Assembly (NCBI GenBank): GCA_963797555.1
Contig: CAWCPV010000018.1
Location: 1-64,000, forward strand
Direction: 5' to 3'
DNA from: an uncultured Gammaproteobacteria bacterium
Lineage (GTDB): Bacteria; Pseudomonadota; Gammaproteobacteria; CAWCPV01
Length of the DNA stretch: 64,000 bases
In this document: piece after piece, positions 46,247-55,419 of the stretch
How positions within the stretch are numbered: the first letter of the stretch is position 1
Layout of the letters: each line of letters opens with the position of its first letter
Position numbers and translations under genes: made by a program
The notes under the pieces: generated by a model
What the model was told of the DNA's origin: nothing
Seen by the model: only the letters and a program-made list of their open reading frames with translations
Database searches by the model: none

Positions 46247-46882
46247 ATGAGCGACGAATACCAACACCCCGCTTTTCAACCACCGCCCCACCCGGATGTT
46301 GTTCTATGGCGATACATGGGTTTCGAGAAGTTCGACTGGCCAGTGAAGAATCAAAGATTGTTTATGCCATCTGCCCAGTTCTTAGGTGATCCACTCGAAG
46401 GGGTGGCACCAGCCGGCCATATAGAATGGTGGATGGATCTTGCCGAAAATGCTGAGTCCGAGGTAAAGCGTGAAATTATCGAAAACAATCGTAAAAAGCT
46501 ATCCGCGTTTGCAGAGGCCTTTCGTCCCAATTATTACGTGAGCTGTTGGCATATGAATGCCGTTGAGAGTTCGAAGATGTGGTGTGCTTACACTGAATCA
46601 TCCGAGGCAGTTGCAGTAACAACCACCTATCGTGTGCTGCGGGAAGCTCTTCCGAAATATGTTGAAATTGGCATGGTCCGTTATATAGATTACGCAAATG
46701 AGAAACTTCCGTCATTGAATATGTTCGAGTACATCACGCATAAGAACATCAACTTTTGCTTTGAGCGCGAATTGCGCGCTGTTGCCTTTCCTCCCGCCAT
46801 TGAAGAGCTAGGTGCAGGGCATTTCCAAGAACATCACTTTGAAGGGGCTAAAAGGGGCCAGGGTCGAATTATTTTGCTATGA
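46247..46882 (+). CDS. DUF2971-like cassette protein, 3' end disrupted by the RAYT element
   Basis: LWRYM..EKF, DPLEG, YVSCWHMN..ES..MW..Y, FERELRA; starts 27 nt after the attC. Confidence 0.7.
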   Translation: MSDEYQHPAFQPPPHPDVVLWRYMGFEKFDWPVKNQRLFMPSAQFLGDPLEGVAPAGHIEWWMDLAENAESEVKREIIENNRKKLSAFAEAFRPNYYVSCWHMNAVESSKMWCAYTESSEAVAVTTTYRVLREALPKYVEIGMVRYIDYANEKLPSLNMFEYITHKNINFCFERELRAVAFPPAIEELGAGHFQEHHFEGAKRGQGRIILL

Positions 46883-46898
46883 TACTAATCCTTTCTTA

Positions 46899-47972
46899 AG
46901 TAAGGCCATATCAGACAGCGTAGCAGCAATGCGGATGCATGAAAAAGCCTTTGACGATTTCTGGCAGCTTCTGGAGCCGGCGCAAAGCACCGAGGAGTTT
47001 GCTCTTGAGATCCTCTTTGCTTTCCACCCGGCGCTTGGCGACGCGGGCTTTCACATGCCCCCAAACCTGTTCGTCGGGATTGAGTTGGGGCGAGTACGGG
47101 GGGAGGAAGAACAGCTTAAGGCGCCCGTTCTGTTCGCCGATGAAGTCCTGGATCAATCGTGCCTTGTGGATGGGATGGCCATCGACGATGAGGAAGACCG
47201 GCCGGGTGGCGCCCACCAGCAGGCGCTTGAGGAATTCCTTGAACACCGCGGCGGTCACCGTCCCCTCGTGCACCATGAAGCGCAAGCCCCCGCGGGCGCT
47301 CACCGCCGAGAGCATGGCGAGCGAGAACCGCGCCCCGGTCACCGCGACCACCGGGGTCTTGCCCATCGGCGCCCAAGTGGTGCCGGCGTGGTAGTCGGAG
47401 CGCATCCCCGACTCATCCCCAAAGTAGATGGTCGCCCCCACGCGCTTGGCCTCGGCCTGGATGGCGGGAAATTGCTCTTTCTGCCAGCGCTCGACCAGCA
47501 CCGGATCGCGCTGCCAGGCACGGTAGAGCGGCTTCTGGGCAGTGAATCCCAGCACCCGCATCACCCGCCTGACGGCGGAGTCCGAAAGGCGCTTGTTGAA
47601 CCGCCGCTCGATCAACCTGCCGATGAGCGGCAGGGTCCACAGCGCAAACTCGAATCGGAACTGCTGCGGCGTGTGCTCGCGCACCGCCCCCGCCAGCCAG
47701 CGCATCTCCTCGGCGCCAAGCAGCGGCGGGCGGCCCGGGATCGGCTTGGCCAACAGCGCGTTCTGTCCCCCCGAGGCAAATGCCGAGAGCCAGCGAAACA
47801 CGGTGCGAATGTTCAACCCGAAGGCCTGCGCTACGCTCTGTACCGTCTGTCCGTGACGCACCGCTTTCACGGCTTGCTGGCGCAGCACCTGCAGGCTCCT
47901 ATGATCGAGCTTGCGCCCGTCCGATTCGCGCTTGCATTTCATGCCCCCATTGTACCAACATATGGCTTTACT
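46899..47972 (-). mobile_element. IS630-family element C (transposase 46911-47942, intact)
   Basis: IRs AGTAAGGCCATAT / ATATGGCTTTACT with TA duplication; FGDESG, IVDGHPIH, LPPYSPQLNPDEQVW. Confidence 0.92.
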
Positions 47973-47976
47973 TAAA

Positions 47977-48739
47977 ATGGACTTAGTAAGTCCATTGCCC
48001 CGCCGCCCCCGCATCCATCTTGATCGCGTACCGCTGCACATCGTGCAACGCGGGCACAACCGCCAACCGTGCTTCTTTGGCGAAGAAGATTATCAGGCAT
48101 ACCTCCACTGGTTGGGCGAAGCGTTGAAGAAAGAGCAATGCGCGCTTCACGCCTACGCGTTGATGACCAACCACGTCCACCTGCTTCTGACGCCGGAACA
48201 TGCCCAAGCGGTTCCCCGGCTAATCATTGCCTTGGGGCGGCGCTACGTGCAGTATATCAACACCACCTACCGCCGGACCGGCACCTTGTGGGATAGCCTG
48301 GGATAGCCGTTACAAATCCTCGCTGATCCAAGCCGAAACCTACTTGCTTGCCTGCCAGCGATACATCGAGCTCAACCCCGTACGGGCGGCCATGGTGGAT
48401 GATCCTGCGCATTACCGCTGGACGAGCTACCGTCACAACGCCCTGGGGCAGGTCAACCCTTGCCTTACCCCCCATCCTCTGTATCTGTCGCTGGGCAGGG
48501 ATGCGAAGGAAAGGCAAGCTGCCTACCGGAGCCTGTTCCGGGCGCAACTGGACCAAGAAGCGGTCAACGACCTACGGCTGGCGCTCAATCAGAATCAGCC
48601 TTTGGGCAATGCACGGTTTTATGCCAACATTGAGGCAGCGACCGGCCAACGGCGGGAGCCGAAGCCGCGAGGCAGGCCACGTGCCAGGCGAGACGACTCC
48701 GCCGCGCATGACCCAGGTCAGGGAGAGCTGGCGGTATGA
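47977..48739 (+). pseudogene. RAYT / IS200-like Y1 HUH transposase, frameshifted by a 10-bp duplication
   Basis: PRRPR..HIVQRGHNRQPCF, YALMTNHVHLL, GTLWDS|RYKS, YIELNPVRA, YRWTSY. Confidence 0.9.
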
Positions 48740-48812
48740 ATCCAGCTTTATGCAGCAGAAATATGCGAGCCTGGCCCCTTTAATCGCTGTTCACATCACC
48801 TTGGAGATCGTC

Positions 48813-49190
48813 ATGAAATATCTGCTTGTTCTCGCAACTCTTGTGGCAAGCGGTACGGCATCAGCTGCGAGGCTGCCGTGCTCAATCCACGCCAAGACGG
48901 GCGCTTCCGCAGCCACGCTCCAGAGCCTTAGCAAAATATCGATCGAACAAGCACGGGCAACTGCTCTCTCCGCCGTCGGTGCACAATCGACGGCGGTGGC
49001 CGAGGGGGAGCTTGAAGCCGAGCACGGTTGTCTTGTCTACTCGTTCGACATCCGTCTCTCTCCTCAGGCTACTGGGGTAGAGGAGGTCATGGTCGATGCT
49101 GGTAACGGCAAGGTGTTGTCGCATAAGCATGAAACACCGCAGCAAGAAGCCACTGAGAAAGCTAAGGATGCAGCTGCTAGTCACAAGTAG
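48813..49190 (+). CDS. PepSY-domain secreted protein (cassette gene)
   Basis: Signal peptide; ISIEQARATAL, ELEAEHGCLVYSFDI, EVMVDAGNGKVL; attC follows. Confidence 0.85.
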   Translation: MKYLLVLATLVASGTASAARLPCSIHAKTGASAATLQSLSKISIEQARATALSAVGAQSTAVAEGELEAEHGCLVYSFDIRLSPQATGVEEVMVDAGNGKVLSHKHETPQQEATEKAKDAAASHK

Positions 49191-49218
49191 TCACTGCAAT
49201 TAGGTAAGCGACGTTGCC

Positions 49219-49314
49219 GCCCAACCCTGCGCTCCAGCCGACGGGCACGCCTTCGGCGTGCATTCCCTCACAACGCTGCGCGTTGTTCGGCGCGGCTGAG
49301 CTTGATCGTTCGGC
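49219..49314 (+). other. attC site (complete)
   Basis: R'' GCCCAAC, L'' GCTCCAGC, L' GCTGAGC, R' GTTCGGC. Confidence 0.85.
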
Positions 49315-49577
49315 GGGAATGGCTCGTCGACGTTTCGCACGGGCGTGGGGCCCTGTTTTATTCATCCAGGAGGTTCGGGACCATGCGTCAAATAAATTGA
49401 TTGCGACCTGCCTTGCGACAATCCTTTTCGTGGGCCAGCAGGCGATTGCGGCTGACCAGGCACAGAAGGCGGACGCTGCTGATACATGCGGAATGGGGTC
49501 AGACACGATTGGGTAGTCAACGACACTGCCGGTTTTCCAAGTCCTAGTCGAAAACGTCAATGACGGAGGTCTACCAA

Positions 49578-50015
49578 ATGTCACGGGTAAGCACCTATCT
49601 GAACTTTTCTCGCTCCACGGAACAAGCGTTCGTCTTCTACCGATCCATCTTCGGAGGCGAGTTCACTGGTCCCGTTCACCGATTCAGCGAAGTCCCCGCA
49701 GCGCCCGGGCAGCCACCGTTGGCCGAGTCGGACAAGAACCTCGTAGTGCACGTCGAACTTCCAATCCTGGGCGGCCACGTACTGATGGGAACTGACGCCC
49801 CAGAGTCCATGGGCTTCTCGTTGACACCGGGCAACAACGTCTACATCAACCTCGAGCCCGATACCCGCGTAGAGACCGACAGACTCTTCAATGCCCTATC
49901 GGTCAACGGGAAAGTCGAGATGCCCCTGCAGGACATGTTCTGGGGCGCCTACTTCGGCAGCCTTACCGATCAGTTCGGGATCCGCTGGATGTTTAACTGC
50001 AGCGCCAAGACCTGA
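49578..50015 (+). CDS. VOC/PhnB-family glyoxalase-like protein (cassette gene)
   Basis: YLNF..TEQAF.FY..IFGG, MPLQDMFWGAYFGSLTDQFGIRWM. Confidence 0.9.
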   Translation: MSRVSTYLNFSRSTEQAFVFYRSIFGGEFTGPVHRFSEVPAAPGQPPLAESDKNLVVHVELPILGGHVLMGTDAPESMGFSLTPGNNVYINLEPDTRVETDRLFNALSVNGKVEMPLQDMFWGAYFGSLTDQFGIRWMFNCSAKT

Positions 50016-50037
50016 GTATCCCGCATCCCGAATGACG

Positions 50038-50060
50038 GCCTAACCCCCTCGGTCAAGCCC
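50038..50060 (+). other. attC 5' half (truncated)
   Basis: GCCTAAC-CCCCTC-GGTCAAGC 22 nt after the VOC stop, cut off by a REP-like sequence. Confidence 0.6.
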
Positions 50061-50062
50061 AC

Positions 50063-50093
50063 GTAGGATGCGGTGAACGAAGTGAACTGCATC
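50063..50093 (+). repeat. GTAG-type REP-like sequence
   Basis: GTAG-GATGCGGT...ACTGCATC imperfect palindrome. Confidence 0.65.
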
Positions 50094-50335
50094 GCTCGCG
50101 GAAAGAGCCGGACGAGAGAAGGTGATCGCGAACCGGATACCGCCGTACATGGCTTTCCTGGAGCCACACGGCAACCCGACACCGTCCTTCTGCAGGAGGG
50201 GGAGCGACTCCGAGATGGTAGAGGGTCGCGTCGTCCTCGTGGTCCAACGGCCGGCCGGTGTACGCGGCGCTCTTGCAGTGAAGCGCGAACTGTCCCGCTT
50301 GTGCCTCGGGGGGCCGACAAGAGGATATACGATCG

Positions 50336-50842
50336 TTACGGCGGGGGTTCTAGGGCGAGGATATACTCCCAATGGGCATCGCTCACTGGCATCACCGACA
50401 GCCGGTTGCCGCGGCGCACCAGTGAAAGCTCGGCAAACTCGGGCCGGTTTTTCAGTTCGACAAGCGGGATGAGCCGCGCTAGTCGGCGCACGAAGCGCAT
50501 GTCGACCACGACCCAGCGGGGGTTGTCGGGGCCGCTCTTGGGATCGTAGTAGCGGTGTTCCGGGTCGGAGGCGGTGGGGTCTGGGTAGGCCTCGCGTGCT
50601 ACCTCCATGATGCCGACGATGCCAGGGGTCTCGCAGTTGGAGTGATAAAAGAAAGACTGGTCTCCCCGCCTCATGGCGCGCAGGTAATTGCGCGCCTGGT
50701 AGTTGCGTACGCCGTCCCACGGGGTGGTCTGCCTCGGCTGGCGTTCGAGGTCGTCGATTCCGAATACGGTGGGCTCCGACTTCGTCAGCCAGTGGTGCAA
50801 CTCTGCGTCTCCGTCCGTCCAGCGCGGTGCCGCCGGGACCAC
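50336..50842 (-). CDS. EVE domain protein (start uncertain)
   Basis: WLTKSEP, WDGVRNYQARN, FFYHSNC, YYDPKS, RLSVMPV. Confidence 0.92.
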   Translation of the reverse strand: MVPAAPRWTDGDAELHHWLTKSEPTVFGIDDLERQPRQTTPWDGVRNYQARNYLRAMRRGDQSFFYHSNCETPGIVGIMEVAREAYPDPTASDPEHRYYDPKSGPDNPRWVVVDMRFVRRLARLIPLVELKNRPEFAELSLVRRGNRLSVMPVSDAHWEYILALEPPP

Positions 50843-50845
50843 GCC

Positions 50846-51439
50846 CTAGGTGCCGGGTTGGTGAAAACGCTCCTCGGTGATCACCCCTTGCAAGGCGATG
50901 TCCCAAGGCCGCACAGGCAGACTCGGGACCTCCTGGAAGGCGTAGGCCAGGCCGATTACGCGGGGGCGCCGCCAGTGCCTGCGCCGAGCCAGGAAGGCCA
51001 GCGTCCGGTCGTAGAATCCTCCGCCACTGCCCAGACGATTACCACATGAGTCAAAAGCCAGCAGCGGGGCCATGATGAGGTCCAGTTGCGATGCCCGCCG
51101 CATCAGGCGCAGCGGCCTGTCGGGCTCCGGGATGCCAAAGCGGTTGGGACGGAGCCGCTCTCCTGGTTCATAGGGGGCGAACCATAGGTGGTAGCTGTCC
51201 AACGAGTGCAGCACTGGCAGGTAAACGGCCTTGCCCATCCGCCAGGCACGGCGCACCACGGGCGTCGGGTCCATCTCCCCTCGATGTGAGATGTAACAGC
51301 CGATAGCCTTGCTGCGGCGGAACAGGGCGGTGCGAACGAACACCCACGCCGCGCGCTCGGCCAGTCGGGCGCGTTGCCAAGGGGGCAGGTGACTACGTCT
51401 GGCCCGAATCTGCGCCCGGAGCCGGGGGCGTGGATCCAT
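50846..51439 (-). CDS. fau: 5-formyltetrahydrofolate cyclo-ligase
   Basis: NRFGIPEP, PLLAFDSCGNRLGSGGGFYDR, PWDIAL; lies directly downstream of 6S RNA. Confidence 0.93.
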   Translation of the reverse strand: MDPRPRLRAQIRARRSHLPPWQRARLAERAAWVFVRTALFRRSKAIGCYISHRGEMDPTPVVRRAWRMGKAVYLPVLHSLDSYHLWFAPYEPGERLRPNRFGIPEPDRPLRLMRRASQLDLIMAPLLAFDSCGNRLGSGGGFYDRTLAFLARRRHWRRPRVIGLAYAFQEVPSLPVRPWDIALQGVITEERFHQPGT

Positions 51440-51449
51440 TTACGGGTGA

Positions 51450-51633
51450 GGCATCCCCCGCCTGTGCCGTGACGCACCTTCGCCCTTGAACCAGAGGTTC
51501 AGGTGGGGACCACAGCAACGTCTAAGGCTTCCCGCAACGCGGACATGCACACTAACGTCAGCATCAGGCCCCCAAGGCGCAGAGTTAGGCTCAAGAACAC
51601 TCGTGATGCGTCTCGAACACCGCAGGGGACACC
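51450..51633 (-). ncRNA. ssrS: 6S RNA
   Basis: About 184 nt between zapA and fau; complementary ends TCCCCTGCGGTG / CACAGGCGGGGGA; CTTGAGCC and CTGAACC..GGTTCAAGGG motifs. Confidence 0.88.
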
Positions 51634-51954
51634 TCATAGTATATTCTCTGTCGGGCGCTCGTGACTGAGCGCTGCATCGATTTTTTCTTGCAGGACCTGG
51701 ATCTGCCGGCTGACCAACTTTGCCTGATCCTCGCTCTGAATCTTGAAGCGCAACAGGTCATGGGCGATGTTCAGGGCCGCCATGATGGCAATGCGCTCAG
51801 CGCCGATGACCTTGCCGCGATCACGAATCTCGCGCATCTTGGCGTCCAGATAATTGGCAGCGCCAAGCAGGTTCTGCCGCTCGCTCGGCGCGCACGAGAC
51901 CCCATACTCCTTGCCGAGCAGAAGGATGCTCACGACATCAACGTCCTGTTCCAC
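51634..51954 (-). CDS. zapA: Cell division protein ZapA
   Basis: ILLLGKEYGVSC..ER..L..AA.YLD.KMREIR...ERIAIMAALNIAHDLL. Confidence 0.92.
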   Translation of the reverse strand: MEQDVDVVSILLLGKEYGVSCAPSERQNLLGAANYLDAKMREIRDRGKVIGAERIAIMAALNIAHDLLRFKIQSEDQAKLVSRQIQVLQEKIDAALSHERPTENIL

Positions 51955-51959
51955 GCCGC

Positions 51960-52181
51960 TTACTCCATGGCCTTGAGACGGGAGATCATGGCTTCTACCC
52001 GAGACTGCACCTGGGCATTCTTCTCGAACAAGGTAGCTCGCTCCGCCGCCAGAGCCGTAAGCTGCTTGCGCAGCAGGCGATTCTCCTCGCATACCTGCTC
52101 CCAGGATCGCACCAGTTCGTCCAAGCCGACCGAGAGCGTTTGAAGCCTATTCACCGCATTGTCTACATTTTCCCCGGGCAT
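51960..52181 (-). CDS. TIGR02449/ZapB-like coiled-coil protein
   Basis: EENRLLR....AERATL.EKN....SRVEAMISRLKAME; lies upstream of zapA. Confidence 0.85.
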   Translation of the reverse strand: MPGENVDNAVNRLQTLSVGLDELVRSWEQVCEENRLLRKQLTALAAERATLFEKNAQVQSRVEAMISRLKAME

Positions 52182-52539
52182 CGCGACTCCCAAGGTGCTC
52201 AGCCCCGTTCACGGGCAAACCGAAGATCCGCGTTCCAGCGCATTTGCGAAGAATGATAGCATAGGTTCTCGGAGCGCAGACAGAATGGCACAACCGTGCC
52301 AGGCGGCTGCTCTGCTGGCAGGACACCCTGGGGGAGGGTCATGAGAGATTAAGCTTGGCGCCAGGCGCGCTCCGGAGCGTTTTATGACACACTGCTTGCC
52401 GAATTCCAACGTGTGGGACGCTGCGGAGGTGATGCCGATGTCTGTGTCAGGCCGCGCCGATCGCGCTCGTCCGGTTCCGCCGGCCGGCGGCTCCTGGCGA
52501 GCGCGTGACCCATCAGCGACTCCGGGGGAGCGGATGTGA

Positions 52540-52680
52540 GAGCTTGTGAATAAATCTGCTGCGCGTCCCGATAGCCGCGTTGCGCGGTGCTCGCTCCTCG
52601 CCTATCTACTTGATATGTCTCGTCGCTGCGCTCCGTGCGCCTTGCTCTCGGGCCGCTCGCGACGATTTCTTCACAAGCTC
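52540..52680. mobile_element. 141-bp MITE-like element
   Basis: TIRs GAGCTTGTGAA / TTCACAAGCTC, TGA duplicated on both sides, internally palindromic. Confidence 0.8.
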
Positions 52681-52692
52681 TGAGTCCCGCAG

Positions 52693-54087
52693 ATGAGTGT
52701 TCCCCACCCTGTGCCGTCCGAGAATCCTTCGATGGATAAGAGAGAGTTTGCGAGGCGCCGACGACGCCTCATGCAATCGATGCGCAGCGGCATTGCTGTC
52801 CTGCCCAGCGCGCCGGTGTGTATGCGCAATCGCGATATCGAGTACCCGTATCGCCAGGACAGCGACTTCCACTACCTGACCGGGTTCCCCGAGCCGGAAG
52901 CGCTCATGGTGCTGATCCCCGGGCGCCCGGAGGGCGAATTTCTGCTCTTCTGCCGCGAGCGGGACTCGGAAAAGGAAGTCTGGACAGGGCGTCGGGCCGG
53001 CCTCGAGGGGGCTCGCAAGCTCTACGGGGCCGACGACGCATTCCCCATCGACGCCCTCGACGACATCCTTCCCGGACTTCTGGAAGATCGGGAGCGGGTC
53101 TACTACACCCTGGGCCGTCACGCCGACATCGACCAGCGCTTGATCGGCTGGGTGAATCAGGTACGGGCCAAGATTCGCGCGGGCATCCAGGCACCCGTGG
53201 AATTCATCTCCGTGGACCCGTTTCTGCACGAGCTGCGTCTGTTCAAGAGTCCGGCAGAGATCAAGGCCATGCGTTACGCCGCGCAGGTCTCCGCCGGGGC
53301 GCACCGGCGGGCGATGGTGGTCTGCCGTCCCGGGATGACTGAGGCCGACCTGGAGGCCGTGCTGCTTCATGAGTTTATAACCCACGGCTGCCGGTTCCCG
53401 GCCTATCCTCCGATCGTCGGCAGCGGCGGCAACGGCTGCATCCTGCATTACACCGATAACAGCGACCGGCTGCGGGCGGGGGACTTGGTGCTAATCGATG
53501 CGGGTGCCGAGTTCGAGCACTACGCAGCGGACATCACCCGGACGTACCCTGTCAGTGGCTGCTTCTCCCGGGCCCAGCGCGCCATCTACGCGGTCGTCCT
53601 GGCGGCTCAGCTTGCGGCCATGGACAAAGTGCGGCCAGGGAACCACTGGAACGAGCCCCATGACGCCGCGGTGCGCGTGCTCACCGAGGGGATGGCCGAG
53701 TTGGGCCTACTGAAAGGTAAGGCCGAGAAGCTCGTCGCCGAGGAGGCATATCGCCGTTTCTACATGCATCGCACGGGCCATTGGCTCGGCATGGATGTTC
53801 ATGACGTCGGTGACTACAAAGTAGGCGGCCAATGGCGGCTGCTCGAGCCTGGCATGGTGCTGACCGTGGAGCCTGGCCTCTACGTGCCCTCCGGGTCTGA
53901 AGGCGTGGCGCGAAAGTGGTGGAATATCGGCGTGCGCATCGAGGACGACGTGCTCGTGACCGAGCAGGGTCACGAGGTGCTATCGGCCGCCGTGCCCAAG
54001 GACGCCGACGAGATCGAGGCGCTGATGGCGCGGGCGGGTTCGTCGCCCGAGACGCGGGAGCGCCGAAGGGCCGGAGTCCATGCCTGA
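52693..54087 (+). CDS. pepP: Xaa-Pro aminopeptidase
   Basis: YRQDSDFHYLTGFPEP, LIDAGAE..YAADITRT, HRTGHWLGMDVHD, TVEPGLY, GVRIEDD. Confidence 0.96.
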   Translation: MSVPHPVPSENPSMDKREFARRRRRLMQSMRSGIAVLPSAPVCMRNRDIEYPYRQDSDFHYLTGFPEPEALMVLIPGRPEGEFLLFCRERDSEKEVWTGRRAGLEGARKLYGADDAFPIDALDDILPGLLEDRERVYYTLGRHADIDQRLIGWVNQVRAKIRAGIQAPVEFISVDPFLHELRLFKSPAEIKAMRYAAQVSAGAHRRAMVVCRPGMTEADLEAVLLHEFITHGCRFPAYPPIVGSGGNGCILHYTDNSDRLRAGDLVLIDAGAEFEHYAADITRTYPVSGCFSRAQRAIYAVVLAAQLAAMDKVRPGNHWNEPHDAAVRVLTEGMAELGLLKGKAEKLVAEEAYRRFYMHRTGHWLGMDVHDVGDYKVGGQWRLLEPGMVLTVEPGLYVPSGSEGVARKWWNIGVRIEDDVLVTEQGHEVLSAAVPKDADEIEALMARAGSSPETRERRRAGVHA

Positions 54088-55339
54088 CCCCTACGACGTG
54101 GCGATTGTCGGCGGCGGTCTGACCGGCGCCGCACTGGCCTGCGCCCTGCGCGGCCATCACCGACGCATCGCGCTCGTGGATGCATCTGTGCCCCGCAGCA
54201 CAGCGGTTAGCGCGCCGGGGGGGTCGTTCGCACCCATCGATCAATCCGCCTTCGATGCGCGCACCATTTCTTTGGCTTACGGGTCCCGGCGCATATTGGA
54301 AGGTATGGGCCTGTGGAATGCGCTAGCGGACCATGCAACCCCCATCCGCCACGTGCATGTCTCGGACCGCGAAGGGTTCGGCTTCACGCGTATGGACGCT
54401 CGCGCGAGCGGCGTGCAGGCCCTCGGATACGTTGCGGAGGCCGAGTTCCTGGGGGCGGTTATGGCCCGAGCCGTGGCCGAGAGTCCTGACATCGAATGGA
54501 TCCCAGGTGCGCGCGTCGTCACCTTCGTGGCTGGACCTCAGGCCGCCGAGATCGAGGTGGAACGGGCCGGAGCCCGTCATCGTCTTTGCGCGCGTTTAGT
54601 GGTGGGCGCGGACGGGGGCGACTCCACAGTACGAGAATGCGCTGGCATACGGACGGTGCGCCGCGAATACGGTCAGACCGCCGTCGTGACCACCGTCACC
54701 CCGCAGCGTGCCCACCACGGCTGGGCGTTCGAGCGCTTCACCCCCACGGGTCCGCTGGCGCTCCTGCCCCTGTCACATGACCGCTGCGCGGTCGTGTGGT
54801 GTGCCCGCAACGATGAAACGGAGGGGCTGCTGGCTCTGAGCGATGCCGAGTTCCTGGATGCGTTGGGGGAACGCTTCGGTGGGCGTCTTGGGCGCTTTCT
54901 GCGCGTGGGAGCACGCCAGAGCTACCCCCTCGTTCTTATTTGGGCGACGGAGCAGGTACGCCCTCGGTTGGTGCTCCTGGGGAACGCCGCGCACACCGTC
55001 CACCCCGTAGGCGCCCAGGGATTCAACTTGGCGTTGCGGGACGTCGCCGCGTTGGCGGAGTCGGTGCACGAGGCTGTTCGGCGAGGGGAGGACCCGGGGG
55101 AGGAGTCTCGCCTGCACCTCTATGAGCAGCAGCGCCATCGCGACCAGCGCCAGGTTGTGGCCTTTACGGAGGGAGTGGCCCGATTGTTCTCCAGCGATTT
55201 CGGCCCGTTGCGGATCGCCCGCAACCTAGGCTTGGTGGCCCTCGACCTGTTGCCGACTGTCAAACGCCGAGTCGTGCGCCGTGCGATGGGCCTGAATGGC
55301 CGCCAACCTCGGCTGGCCCGGGGTTTACCTCTCGCATGA
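54080..55339 (+). CDS. ubiH: 2-octaprenyl-6-methoxyphenol hydroxylase
   Basis: GGGLTG, AFERFTPTGPLALLP, LLGNAAHTVHPVGAQGFNL; follows pepP. Confidence 0.9.
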   Translation: MPDPYDVAIVGGGLTGAALACALRGHHRRIALVDASVPRSTAVSAPGGSFAPIDQSAFDARTISLAYGSRRILEGMGLWNALADHATPIRHVHVSDREGFGFTRMDARASGVQALGYVAEAEFLGAVMARAVAESPDIEWIPGARVVTFVAGPQAAEIEVERAGARHRLCARLVVGADGGDSTVRECAGIRTVRREYGQTAVVTTVTPQRAHHGWAFERFTPTGPLALLPLSHDRCAVVWCARNDETEGLLALSDAEFLDALGERFGGRLGRFLRVGARQSYPLVLIWATEQVRPRLVLLGNAAHTVHPVGAQGFNLALRDVAALAESVHEAVRRGEDPGEESRLHLYEQQRHRDQRQVVAFTEGVARLFSSDFGPLRIARNLGLVALDLLPTVKRRVVRRAMGLNGRQPRLARGLPLA

Positions 55340-55419
55340 TGATATGGGTGCTAGCGTGAACATGAAACCCCCCAGAACTCCTCTGCGTGCAGTGGATTTG
55401 ACTATCGTTCCACGGCTTC

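Larger units (their letters stand above)
46848..48783 (+). mobile_element. REP-associated tyrosine transposase (RAYT)-type element with imperfect terminal inverted repeats
   Basis: AAAGGGGCCAGGGTCGAATTATTTTGC / GCAGAAATATGCGAGCCTGGCCCCTTT bracket the Y1 transposase. Confidence 0.7.
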
